From: Mobula hypostoma | Taxonomy: Eukaryota | Length of the DNA stretch: 64,000 nt | NCBI RefSeq assembly: GCF_963921235.1 | Contig: NC_086119.1 | Location: forward strand, 4,030,001 to 4,094,000 | Reading direction: 5' to 3' | Shown: piece after piece, positions 51,221-63,429 of the stretch | How the letters are laid out: every line of letters begins with the position of its first letter | How positions within the stretch are numbered: position 1 is the first letter of the stretch | Position numbers and translations under genes: made by a program | The notes under the pieces: generated by a model | The model's input: only the letters and a program-made list of their open reading frames with translations | Database searches by the model: none | What the model was told of the DNA's origin: nothing

Positions 51221-52374
51221 CTGCACAGAGATAAAAACTCATTAAAAATCTGTACTGCACCCCCCCCACCCCCTCCCAAAGAGTGACCAACCAGTGGTCC
51301 CCCACACCAGAACGTCCCAGAGAAGCAGGATGTCATCTGGATGCAGCAAGCAGAGTTGTCTGGGTCACTGACAGAGGACAGCTGGAAGCTTCTGGGTAAT
51401 TTATCCCAGGCTGTTCCAGTGTGACTAGAGCTAGCGATTAGTTTCATTTGTTACGTACAGTGAAATACATCATTTGTGTCAACAGTTAACGCAGTCCAAG
51501 GATGTGCTGGGGGCAGCCCGCAAGTGTCTGGCACCAACATAGCATGCCCACGACTCACTAACCCTAACCCATAGGTCTTTGGACTGCAGGAGGAAACTGG
51601 AGCACCCGGAGGAAACCCATGTGATCACGGGGAGAATCGACAGACTCCTTTCAGACATTGGCAGGAATCAAACCCCGATCTTACCAGCAGCGCTGTAAAG
51701 CATTACAATAACCGCCATGTTGCTGTGCCACGTACCATAAGGTCTCTCCCTTTCACCTTAAGCCTGTTTTTGACATTTCCACTGTGGGGAAGAGAAGACT
51801 GATTATCCACCCGATCTGTGCCACTCTATCAAGTCACCTCTCAGTCTCCAATACTCCAGAGAAAACAACCCAACTTTGTCCAATATCTCCGTACAGCTCG
51901 TGCTCTCTAATCCAGGCAGCATCATGGTGAATCTCCTCTGTACCCCGTCCAAAGCCTCCTCACCTTTCCAGCAATGAGGCGATCAGATCTGCACACAGTA
52001 CCAACGGACCTGGGTTAGGTTGGATGCGGACATGTTGGGAGGGGTCTACGTTTCCACCCCAGTGAGGGGCAGGAAGCTGAAGCTGAGGAAGGCATGTGAC
52101 TGCAGAGAAGGCAGGGGAGAGTTTGGCCATTCATGCCATCGTTTCTGTGCTACAGGTCCCTCTGTTCCACAATGACCGTAGTCCAGAAGCTGATCAGCGC
52201 CCTGTACAGGCCCCGGTGCTCATCAGCACACTATACGGGTACGGGCCCCGGTGATGATCAGTGCACTTTACAGGTATGGGTCCCGGTGCCTATGTTCAGA
52301 TGTGAGGGTAAATCTCCCTGCCACCTGTCTCAGGGAACCTCAAGACCACCACTGCTTCCTTTCCAAGCACTTAC

Positions 52375-52512
52375 CATGTCCGAGACCCTGAGGTGGCCGT
52401 ACGAGAAGACGATGGCGTTGGGCGGGGTCGCCACAGGCAGCATGAAAGCAAAGGAGGTGCTGAGGGTGGCTGGAATCATGACGTAGAGGGGGTTCATTCT
52501 GATCTGGGAGGC
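52375..52512 (-). CDS. SLC13A5: SLC13A5 penultimate exon
   Basis: ASQIRMNPLYVMIPATLSTSFAFMLPVATPPNAIVFSYGHLRVSDM contains the SLC13 signature FMLPVATPPNAIVF; 138 nt; CAG/GTAAGT boundaries. Confidence 0.92.
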
Positions 52513-52666
52513 CTGGGTGGGGCAAGAGGGAGAGTTGTAGGGTTAAGCACGTAGAGGGGGTTCATTCTGATCCGGGTGGGGCAAGAGGGAGAGTTGTAAG
52601 GTTAAGCACGTAGAGGGGGTTCATTCTGATCCGGGTGGGGCAAGAGGGAGAGTTGTAGGGTTAAGC
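52481..52666. repeat. 68+59+59-bp tandem triplication spanning the SLC13A5 splice acceptor
   Basis: ACGTAGAGGGGGTTCATTCTGATC recurs at 52481, 52549 and 52608. Confidence 0.92.
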
Positions 52667-52892
52667 ATGTCTCAGGCTCAGAGTCCATAGAGAATCAGGA
52701 TCAGGTTGATTATTAGCAGGACACTGCATTGTGTTAAAAAAAATCACGACAAGTTACAAGAAATGTAGATATAAATACATAGTTCAAACAGAGAGCGGTG
52801 GTGAGGTAGTGTTCTTGGGTTCTTTGTCTATTCAGAAATCTGATGGCACAGGGGAAGAAGCTGTTTATAAAAGAGTGTGTATCTTCCTTCGT

Positions 52893-54085
52893 TATTTTCA
52901 AAAGGCTTTTGACAAGGTCCCACATAGGAGATTAGTGTGCAAACTTAAAGCACACGGTATTGGGGGTAAGGTATTGGTGTGGGTGGAGAATTGGTTAGCA
53001 GACAGGAAGCAAAGAGTGGGAATAAACGGGACCTTTTCAGAATGGCAGGCGGTGACTAGTGGGGTACCGCAAGGCTCAGTGCTGGGACCCCAGTTGTTTA
53101 CAATATATATTAATGACTTGGATGAGGGAATTAAATGCAGCATCTCCAAGTTTGCGGATGACACGAAGCTGGGTGGCAGTGTTAGCAGTGAGGAGGATGC
53201 TAAGAGGATGCAGGGTGACTTGGATAGGTTGGGTGAGTGGGCAAACTCATGGCAGATGCAATTTAATGTGGATAAATGTGAAGTTATCCACTTTGGTGGC
53301 AAAAATAGGAAAACAGATTATTATCTGAATGGTGGCCGATTAGGAAAAGGGGAGGTGCAACGAGACCTGGGTGTCATTATACACCAGTCATTGAAAGTGG
53401 GCATGCAGGTACAGCAGGCGGTGAAAAAGGCGAACGGTATGCTGGCATTTATAGCGAGAGGATTCGAGTACAGGAGCAGGGAGGTACTACTGCAGTTGTA
53501 CAAGGCCTTGGTGAGACCACACCTGGAGTATTGTGTGCAGTTTTGGTCCCCTAATCTGAGGAAAGACATCTTTGCCATAGAGGGAGTACAAAGAAGGTTC
53601 ACCAGATTGATTCCTGGGATGGCAGGTCTTTCATATGAAGAAAGACTGGATGAACTGGGCTTGTACTCGTTGGAATTTAGAAGATTGAGGGGGGATCTGA
53701 TTGAAACGTATAAGATCCTAAAGGGATTGGACAGGCTAGATGCAGGAAGATTGTTCCCGATGTTGGGGAGGTCTAGAACGAGGGGTCACAGTTTGAGGAT
53801 AGAGGGGAAGCCTTTTAGGACCGAGGTTAGGAAAAACTTCTTCACACAGAGAGTGGTGAATCTGTGGAATTCTCTGCCACAGCAAACTGTTGAGGCCAGT
53901 TCATTAGCTATGTTTAAAAGGAAGTTAGATATGGCCCTTGTGGCTACAGGGGTCAGGGGGTATGGAGGGAAGGCTGGGTTCTGAGTTGGATGATCAGCCA
54001 TGATCATAATAAATGGCGGTGCAGGCTCGAAGGGCCGAATGGCCTACTCCTGCACCTATTTTCTATGTTTCTATGTTTCTATGTT
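52893..54085 (+). mobile_element. Young 5'-truncated CR1 LINE with an open RT/C-terminal frame, antisense in an SLC13A5 intron
   Basis: Uninterrupted frame FQKAFDKVPH...GVPQGSVLGP...FADDTKLGG...FFTQRVVNLWNSLP; (TTCTATGT)n tail; nearly identical to 10200-12223. Confidence 0.95.
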
Positions 54086-54711
54086 ATAGAGGGCATGTCC
54101 TGGGTGATGGGGAGCCTTAATGATGGATGCCTCCTTTCCGAGGCATCACCTTTTGAAGATGTCCTCAGTGCTGGGGAGGCACAAGCCCATGATGGAGCTG
54201 GCTGAGTTTACAACCCTCTGCAGCTTTTTCCGATCCTGTGCAGTGGCCCCTCCACACGAGATGGTGATGTAACCAGTTAGAATGCTCTCCGCAGTAAATC
54301 TGAGGAAATCTGCTTGTGACTTTGGTGACAGACCAAATCTCCTCAAACTCCTTGTGAACTCCAGCTGCTGCCACGCCTTCTTCAGAATTGCATCAGGATG
54401 TTGGGCCCAGGATGTGGACAGGGTAAGTACCAGACCCAGTTCCATTGCAGGAGCACAGCAGGTTGAACAGCATCCATAGAGGGATGCAGGTAGGGATTCC
54501 CACTACCAACCCACTGTGCATTGCGTGGCTGTTGTGGGAGTGATGGAGACCGAGGGAGGAGGTGGGTAGGTTACTGAGCAACGACAAGGCCTGGAAGTGA
54601 CATAGGACAGGTGGCTCCAATCCCCGCTGTTCATGAGTGTTTGACAAGGAATCCCAGATCCCCCTCCTCCCAAGATGTTGGCGGACCCTCGGAGCGGGTG
54701 TTGGGACGCAC

Positions 54712-54873
54712 CATGGAAGCCAGGATGGGGAGGAAGAGAGTGGCAGTGGCCACGTTACTGGTGCACTCGGTGAAGGTGGCGATCAGCAGGCAGAGAACAG
54801 TGACGATGGCCCATGGTGGAATATTCTGCAGGGGCAGCAGCTGGCTTCCCAGCCACCTGGACAGTCCCGACTC
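54712..54873 (-). CDS. SLC13A5: SLC13A5 exon (TECTSN motif)
   Basis: ESGLSRWLGSQLLPLQNIPPWAIVTVLCLLIATFTECTSNVATATLFLPILASM; 162 nt; CAG/GTGCGT boundaries. Confidence 0.92.
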
Positions 54874-55087
54874 CTGCGAGGGAAAAATGGGAGTTTTATC
54901 TGCTGACAGCATTTACACTCGGGATATTACATACCAAAACTTTTCAGAACTTGACCCACTCCTCCCAATCTCACCTGTCTTCTCCTGACCTCTGCCCTGT
55001 CCCACATCTGCTTGACCTGCTCAAGGGTAGGTCACATCTGATCCATACGGGTACATTTGACCTGGTCCAGTGAGGAGATGTTAAGGC

Positions 55088-55750
55088 TGTGTCCTCTGGT
55101 CCTAGACTCTCCCACTATAGGAAACATCCTCTCCACATCCGCTCCATCTGTGTCCTCTGGTCCTAGACTCTCCTACTGTAGGAAACATCCTCTCCACTTC
55201 TACTCTATCAGTGTCCTCTGGTCCTAGACTCCCCCACTGTAGGAAACATCCTCTCCACATCCACTATATCTGTGTCCTCTGGTCATAGACTCCCCCACTA
55301 CAGGAAACATCCTCTCCACACCCACTCTATCTATGTCCTCTGGTCCTAGACTCCCCCACTATAGGAAACATCCTCTCCACACCCACTATATCTGTGTCCT
55401 CTGGTCCTAGACTCCCCCACTGTAGGAAACATCCTCTCCACATCCACTCTATCTGCGTCCTCTGGTCCTAGACTCCCCCACTGTAGGAAACATCCTCTCC
55501 ACATCCGCTCTGCCCAGCTCTTTCAATATTCGATAGGTTTCAATGAGATCCCTTTTGCCATTGTTTTGAATTTCAGCAAGTACAAACCCAAAGCTATCAA
55601 ACTTTCCCTGTACATTAACCTTTTCATTGCTGGGAATTTTCTTGTAAACCTGCTCTGGACTCTCTTCAAAGCCAGCACAGCCTTTCTTAAATATTGGGCC
55701 TAAAACTGGTCACAGTACTCCAAATGTCTTATAAAGCCGCAGCATTATAA
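55088..55750 (-). repeat. CR1 fragment with a 61-bp minisatellite (~7 copies, 55088-55510)
   Basis: Same unit as 27265-27800 and 4735-4975. Confidence 0.9.
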
Positions 55751-56260
55751 GCACAAAACACTATTATAACACAGCATTACAACACTACAGCACATAAACA
55801 GGCCCTTTGAACAGATCACATGGGGTAGACACCAAAGGACATCACAAAGCGAGGATCTCATACTTACAGACTGACTTTACAGAACAGTACAACACAAAAA
55901 CAGGCCCTTTGGACCATCTAGTCCATGCAAACTATTAATTGGCCTAGTCCTATTGACCCACATCTGGACCATAGCCGTCTATGCCCCTCCCATCCTTGTA
56001 CTTCTCCGAACATCCACCCCGTCTGCTGGCAGCTCGTTCCACACTCTCACCACCCTCAGGGTGAAGAAGTTTCCCCTCATGTTCCCCTTGGATATTTCAC
56101 TTTTTATCGTTAATCTATGACTTCTAGTTCTATTCACACCCAACCTCAGTAGAAAAGGCTTGCATTTACCCTATCCATACCCCTCATAATTATGTTGGTT
56201 TTTGTATAATCCTGAAATTTTAGGAACGTGAGGACGATGGTTAATGAAGGAATGTCTTAC

Positions 56261-56382
56261 CTCACAGCCCCTGGCCAAGGCAAAGCCTCCTCCTAACAAG
56301 AGGATCACATTCCAGGGCACCTTCTTCTGCACCAGTTTCCACTCCAGGAGCCGGGTGCCGGGGGACTCCGACCGCTGCCTGC
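56261..56382 (-). CDS. SLC13A5: SLC13A5 exon (VPWNVILLLGGGFALA)
   Basis: (G)RQRSESPGTRLLEWKLVQKKVPWNVILLLGGGFALARGCE; 122 nt; phase-compatible with both neighbours. Confidence 0.9.
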
Positions 56383-58142
56383 CTGCACCACAGGAGGGAA
56401 AATAAACAGCTGTTAACTGATAAGGAAGCGGAGCAGAGGTGGGATGTCAATGGCACAGTGTTGTGGAGGTTATGATGAAATAAACAGCTGTTAACGGATA
56501 AGGAAGCGGAGCAGAGGTGGGATGTCAATGGCACAGTGTTGTGGAGGTTACTGTAACACTTCACAGCTCCAGCAACCTGGCTGCAATTCTCACCGCTGTC
56601 TGCAAGGAGCTTGTGTGTTCCTGTGACTGCTTGGGTTTGCTCCAGGTGCTCCAGTTTCCTCCCACATCATGGAGACGTAGGGCTTAGGGTTAGTGAGTTG
56701 TGGACATGCTATATTGGCACCGGAAGTGTGGTGATAGTTGCAGGCTGCCCCCAGTACAATGCTTGGACTGTGTCGCTGCTGAGGCAGATGATGCATCTTA
56801 CTGTGTGTTTCAATGTACATGTGACAAATAAAACTCATCGTTAATCTTTAGGTGCTGGATCGCCGAGCACAGGCTGGGTGCGGATTCACTAACTCAGCAG
56901 ATGTACCTGTTAATGGCCAGGTAGAAGCTGGACCCCATGGCCTCCTGGCCCGGAGACACCATCTCCAGCTAAACCAGTCTCTTGAAAAGAAGACTGCCAC
57001 AGCAGGTAGTGCTGCTGCCTCACGGGCCCAGAGACACTGATTCAATCACGGCCTCTGGCACTACCTGTGTGAGGCTTGAAAGTTGTCCCTATCACTGTGT
57101 GTCTGTGAGTGTGCACGTGTGTATGTGTGCTTTCTTCTTAAGCTGATCACCTTGACCAGGGCACAGGCTGCCGACAGCAGCTCTCCAGAGTCCCCTGTCC
57201 TGGGCCAGTCTAGCAAGTTGTCCCCAGGTGTAGCCCATCTTCGAAGACCCTTCCTCTCCCAGGAATGAGGCCTTTGGAGCTCCGGCAGCTCTGGGTTTTA
57301 AGGGATGGGCTTCTTAATCCTATGCCCAACCCCTCTCCTACAACAGCCAGGATCGGGAATGTCCATAGTGGAATTATTCACTGGGTTTTTACAGGACGGG
57401 ATTACTAGCCTCATGCCCAACCCTTCTGCTCTTGCAGCTGGGATTGGGACCGTCCATAGTAGAGTTTTGTGTGCATGTATATAACTGTGTGTGCATAAAT
57501 GTGGGTTGTGGGTTGTGAACAAAGTGGAGAATTTACCCACAGCAATGAATTGTCTCAACCCAAGTGACAAGCCCAGTGAGAGTTGGCAGAGAAACCATCC
57601 CCTCTCCATGGGGCCTGTCCCCAGGACAGCCTCTGACCAGGAGGTGTGCTCTAAGAATGAAACTTGCTGTTGTAACAGAGTGGAGAAGGGTGACAAATAC
57701 CCCAACAGCCAGTGTGGAGGCATCACCAAATGCCCAACAGAAGAACCAGGCTGGAGTCAGGACTGACTCCGGACCCTTGTGGATCAGGCAGGGCTGGAGC
57801 TGAGGTTAGCTATCTCCAGGAGGTGGTCGACTCCTTTGAAAAGAAGGACATCCATTTAGAACAGAGATCTGGAGGAATTTCCTTAGCCAGAGGGTGGTGA
57901 ATCTGTGGAATTCATTGCCACAAGACGGCAGTGGAGGCAGAGTCATTAGGTATATTTAAAGCGGAGATTGAAGGTTCTTATTTGGTAAGAGTGCCAAAGG
58001 ATATGGGGCAAAGGCAGGATAATGGGGTTGAGAGGGAAAGTAAATCAGCCATGATGAAGTGGTGGAGCAGACTTCAAGGACTAAATGACCCAATTCTGCT
58101 CGTATGTCTTACGGTTGGATAGACAGACAGACAGACAGACAG

Positions 58143-58177
<35 letters not shown>

Positions 58178-58416
58178 ATCCTTGCCCATTCATGTAACCT
58201 GTCCATATCCCCCCTAAGGTTCTCCTCTCAGATCCACCATTATATCATCAACAAGATTGGATCTAGAACAGGGTCTTATGGAACCACGGCAACAAGAGAA
58301 AGTGGACACAAGGAAAGTCAATTCATAGAGCACGGCGATGCTGCCAAAGACCAACAAACGTCACAGTCCATACACACCCAGGGTGCTGGGAGAAGCCCCC
58401 TCTCCCGGGCACATAC

Positions 58417-58538
58417 CTGTCATGTCCTCTTCTGCACTCCGCCTGCCCTGCACCCAGGGCTTGAGCTGTGGTCTCTGTGAAGGTGCGATAAACATCAGGA
58501 TCGTGATGAAGATCACCACAGTGGCATCAGTAACAAAT
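58417..58538 (-). CDS. SLC13A5: SLC13A5 exon, the most 5' exon found in the window; the gene continues beyond 64000
   Basis: FVTDATVVIFITILMFIAPSQRPQ...; 122 nt; TTTCAG/GTATGT boundaries. Confidence 0.9.
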
Positions 58539-58849
58539 CTGAAACAAGCAGAAATGGTGAGTGTTGAGGCTGGTGGGTGGTGGGCCGTCTCCAGGGAACC
58601 AGGGGCAGAGATCGGCACTGGGACAGGGGGCTATTTAGGCCATCTTTTCCCAGGACACAATAACCAACACCAGAGGACATCCATTTAAGCTGATTGGAGG
58701 CAAGTTTATGGACAATGTCAGAGGTATTTATTTTAAAAACACAGAAAGTGGTGGGTACATGGAACACACCTGGGGGGGGGGGGGTGGCGGTAGAGGCTGA
58801 TAGAATACAGACATACATGGGACTCAGGCACGTGAATGAAGGAAAATTG

Positions 58850-59565
58850 GAGGGTTATGGCTGTGTACGAGGAGAGGGTTAGATTGGAGGGGAGGGTTAG
58901 ATTGGATGGAGGGTTAGATACTGTGTAGGAGGGGAGGGTTATGGTTGTGTAGGAGGGGAGGGTGAGATTGGAAAGGAGGGTTAGATACTGTGTAGGAGGG
59001 GAGGGTTAGATTGGAAGGGATGGTTATGTACCATGTAGGAGGGGAGGGTTATGGCTGTGTAGGAGGGGAGGGTTAGATTGGAAAGGAGGGTTAGATACTG
59101 TGTAGGAGGGGAGGGTTATGGTTGTGTAGGAGGGGAGGGTGAGATTGGAAAGGAGGGTTAGATACTGTGTAGGAGGGGAGGGTTAGATTGGAAGGGATGG
59201 TTATGTACCATGTAGGAGGGGAGGGTTATGGCTGTGTAGGAGGGGAGGGTGAGATTGGAGGGGAGGGTTAGATTGATGGGTTATGGTTGTGTAGGAGGGG
59301 AGGGTTATGGCTGTGTAGGAGGGGAGGGTTAGATTGGAAGGGATGGTTATGTACCATGTAGGAGGGGAGGGTTATGGCTGTGTAGGAGGGGAGGGTGAGA
59401 TACTGTGTGTGGGGGGGAGGGTGAGATTGGAGGGGAGGGTTAGATTGGAGGGTTATGGCGGTGCAGGAGGGGAGGGTGAGATACTGTGTGTGGGGGGGAG
59501 GGTGAGATTGGAGGGGAGGGTTAGATTGGAGGGTTATGGCGGTGCAGGAGGGGAGGGTGAGATTC
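58850..59565. repeat. G-rich composite minisatellite
   Basis: Modules TGTAGGAGGGGAGGGTTA followed by GATTGG, TGGCTG or GATACTG in varying order. Confidence 0.9.
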
Positions 59566-60599
59566 ATTGCAGAGGTCAGCACAGTATCGTGAGGTGAAGG
59601 GCCTGTGCTGTGCTGTACCTTTCTATGTTCTACAAGACTGTAAGAAATGGGAGTTGAATTAGGCCATTCAGCCCCTTGAGTCTGCTTTGCTATTCCATCG
59701 TGGATGATTTATTATTCCTCTCAAACTCATTCTCCTGCCTTCTCCCTGTAACCTTTGACGCCCTGGCTAATCAAGAACCTATCAACCTCTGCTTTAAATA
59801 TATCCAATGACTCTGCCTCCGCGGCCGTCTGTGGCAATGAATCCCTCTGGCGGAAGAAATTCCTCCTCCTCCTCTGTTCTAAAGGGATGTCCTTGTATTC
59901 TGTGGATGCGCCCTCTGATCTTAGACTCCCTCACTATAGGAAACATCCTCTCCATTTCCATTTTATCTGGGCCAGAGCCATCAAATGCTCCTCATTCCCA
60001 GGGTCATTCTCATGACCCTATCCAATGCCAGCACATCTTTTCTTAAATACGAGGCCCAAAACTACTCACAATACTCCCAAGTGCAGTCTGACCAATACCT
60101 CAGCATCACATCCTTGCTTTTATATTCTAGTCCTCTCAAAATGAATGCCAACATTGCATTTGCCTCCCTTAATTTATATACTGAAGGGTACCCATGAGTA
60201 GGCTCTTCCCACCCTAACAACGTCACAACCCTGATTAATCCTTACCCAGTCACAGGACAGTTTACAATTAACCCACCCGGTTCGTCTTTGGAGCACCCAG
60301 GGAGGACGTAGAGAGACTCCTTACAGAATAGCACCGGAATTGAGCTTCGAAACACCCCAATCTATAATAGTGTCATGCTACTCGCTACTCTACTGTGGTG
60401 TGAAACATACCCCTATGCTCCACAATGAGCAGATTGCTTTACATTAGCTTCTGTGATTCTGACAATTAATAAAAACATCAACAAGTTCACTGGACTCTAA
60501 GATGTTGTCAAACAAACATCTCCATCGAGACTGGCTCCAACTGCACTTTTTCAGTGTGTGGGGATGGTTTTGGGGACAAAGGGAGTGAAAGGAGTTAGG

Positions 60600-60800
60600 G
60601 TTCAGGTAGGGTTTAGAGACAGGGATGTGGGGAGCTAGATGTCAGATTAGGGTTTAGAGACAGGGATGTGGGGAGCTAGAGATCAGATTAGGCTTTAGGG
60701 ACAGGGATATGGGGAGCTAGTGGTCAAATTAGTGTTTAGGGACAGGGATATGGGGGTTAGAGGTCAGATTAGGGTTTAGGGACAGGGATGTGGGGAGTTA
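60600..60800. repeat. ~41-bp tandem repeat, ~5 copies
   Basis: Unit AGGGTTTAGAGACAGGGATGTGGGGAGCTAGATGTCAGATT. Confidence 0.85.
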
Positions 60801-61364
60801 GCGGTCAGGCCTCCACTCCATGTTTGAAGGGAGCAACATAGATGGGTGGCAAAGGACATCTGTGTATTTAGGGCTGTTCCAAATCCCCAGGATCAGATGC
60901 TCGTGTTTGAGTAGGAGATATGAGGAGACGAGAGAGCTCATCAGTCGAAGTGCATGGAGTTTGAGCCTGGCATTTGGGGTCCCAATATTGGCTGGTCTGG
61001 GGGTCAATTGGATGTCTCAAAGTCGAAGCCCAGTGACTGAAGCCTGGAGGTGTGTATGGGGAAAGGGGTTTGTTTCGAGTCGTTCTGCTGAACACTGAGG
61101 ACGTGCCATGTTGGTGTCAGAATGCGTGGTGACACTTGCGGGCTGCCCCCAGCACATCCCTAGCTCGTGTTGGTTGTTAACATAAACGACACTTTTCACA
61201 GCATGTTTCCATGCACATGTGATAAATAAATCTATCTGAGCTAGTCTGGCGCCACATAGTGGGCCGAAAGGCGTTTTCATGTGCGGTTCTGTTCTATGCT
61301 TGGAACTGTCCGGTCCCCTGTCTCCTCAGGTGCTGCTCGACCTGCTGAGATCAAGGTCCGATGC

Positions 61365-61902
61365 CAGACATCCCACCCTGCAAAAACTGATTTCAGGGAG
61401 GTAGCACCATCAATTTGCGGGAGACTTCCGGGAGAGGTGGGATGTCTGCAATAGAGTAGCTCCTTAGCAGCTGGCCAGCTAGTTTAAATAACGTTAGCTA
61501 TGCTAATGAATGAATGACACCTGTTAAACTCACCTCAACGTGTCTTTTACAGTCCTAACCCACCATGGGCAATAGAAAAGTCACTGTTACAAACAGTGCA
61601 GCGAGCAACACTGTCATTATTTTGACCCCTATTAGGCAGGGGTACACTTTAGTGTAGTCTGGGGTGATGTACATTTTATATTTTCTTTTTTTGGAACACT
61701 GTCGCTCTCTCTCTCTCGTGCGTGCTCTCTCGCTCGTGGTCACTCTCTCTTGCGCTTGCTTTCTTGCTCTCTCTCGCGCGTTCTCTCACGCTCGCTCTCA
61801 AAAAATCAATTTCCGGGACATTGTATATAATTTGCGGGCATCAGGGAGCCACTATTAATATGCGGGAGACTCCCAGAACTTCCGGGAGAGGTGTGATGTC
61901 TG
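61365..61902. mobile_element. Non-autonomous TIR DNA transposon (hAT-like)
   Basis: Ends CAGACATCCCACC ... GGTGTGATGTCTG; flanks GTCCGATG / ATCCGATG resemble an 8-bp TSD; an internal copy of the right end lies at ~61415-61448. Confidence 0.55.
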
Positions 61903-62134
61903 ATCCGATGAGAACCGGATGTGAGGCCTGGCTGTGGTCCAGCTCAGGAGGCCGTCCCTCCCCGGCCTGTTCAATGCTGCGGCCTCCTTGTCATGCACCT
62001 CACGGACTCTGGAGCTGAAGGCTGCCGTTGCCAAGCAGCTGTTGCCAGGCACCGGTTGAGGGTGAAAGGGAGAGTTTGGCAGGGGGCGGGGGGTCAGGAG
62101 ATCTGATGAGGTGCAATGAGGAGCAGATTCTGGG

Positions 62135-62800
62135 AGGCCTGCCCTGGTCCACAGGCGGAGGACTCCCTGTGTTGTTTCCCCTGACTGGGGGAGGGGGGTG
62201 TCAGGGAGTGGAGTAAGGGGTCTGCCCTGGTCCACAGGAGGAGAACTCCCTGTGTTTTGTCCCCTGGGGAGGGGGGGATGTCAGGGTGTGGAGTAAGGGG
62301 TCTGCCCTGGTCCACAGGAAGAGAACTCCCAGTGTTTTGTTCCCTGGGGAGGAGGGTGTCAGGGAGTGGAATAGTGGGCCTGCCCTGGACCACAGGAGAA
62401 CTCTCTGTGTTTTGTCCTGTAAAGGGGGGAGGGTGCCAGGGAGTGGAGTAAGGGGTCTGCCCTGGTCCACAGGAGAACTCTCTGTGTTTTGTCCTGTAAA
62501 GGGGGGAGGGTGTCAGGGAGTGGAGTAAGGGGTCTGCCCTGGTCCACAGGAGAACTCTCTGTGTTTTGTCCCCTGGGGAGGGGGGTGTTGGGGTGGGGGT
62601 TTGCCCTGGTCCACAGGAAGAGAACTCCCAGTGTTTTGTTCCCTGGGGAGGGGTGTGTCAGGGAGTGGAGTAGCAGGCCTGCCCTGGACCACAGGAGAAC
62701 TCTCTATGTTTTGTCCCCTGACTGGGGGTGGTGTGGGGTGGGGGTCTGCCCTGGTCCACAGGAGAACTCTTTGTGTTTTGTCCCCTGGGGAGGGGGGTGC
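62135..62800. repeat. ~60-80-bp imperfect minisatellite, ~9 copies
   Basis: TGCCCTGGTCCACAGGAGAACTCTCTGTGTTTTGTCC recurs. Confidence 0.85.
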
Positions 62801-63429
62801 TTCCAGGATCTCCCCCCACCCCCCACACACCGGACAGAGAGCCAGGATTCTCTCTGTGCTCTGACAGGAAGGATCTGAGGAAACAGTAAACTTGGGAGTG
62901 GGACAGCACAGGAATGGGCTCTTCGGCCCACATTGACAGTGCCGGCAATGACACCAATTTAAATTAACCTCAGTCTGATGTTCTCAAAGAGGATCACCAC
63001 CATCCCAGCCCACACATACTCCATATGCTTCTTGTCTTCCACCTGTCTAACAGCCTCTTAAACGCCCTCTACCTTTCTCCACCACCATCACTAGCAACAC
63101 ATTCCCAGCACCTATCAATCGCTGTATAAAAAACAACCAGCCTCACACATCACCTTTGAACCCACCTTCAATGCCTGCCCTCTGGCATCAGGCATTCCAA
63201 CCCCGGGAAACATATTTTCCCTGTCTACTCTACCGTGCCTCTCGTAATCTTACGAACCTCTATCAGATCTCCCTCAGCCTCTGCCACTCCAGAGGAAACA
63301 ACCCAAGTTTGTCCAAGCACTCCTTGTAGCACATAGCCTCTAACTGAGGCAGTAACCTCTTCTGTACCCTTTCCAAAGCCTCCAGGTTCTTCCTGTAATG
63401 CAGGGGCAGAGGACACTAGGCAAGCAAGT

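Noticed and set aside
52731-53984. 417-aa ORF as a host or domesticated RT gene
   Set aside because: A 5'-truncated CR1 with a microsatellite tail; the N-terminal ~55 aa are fortuitous flanking sequence.
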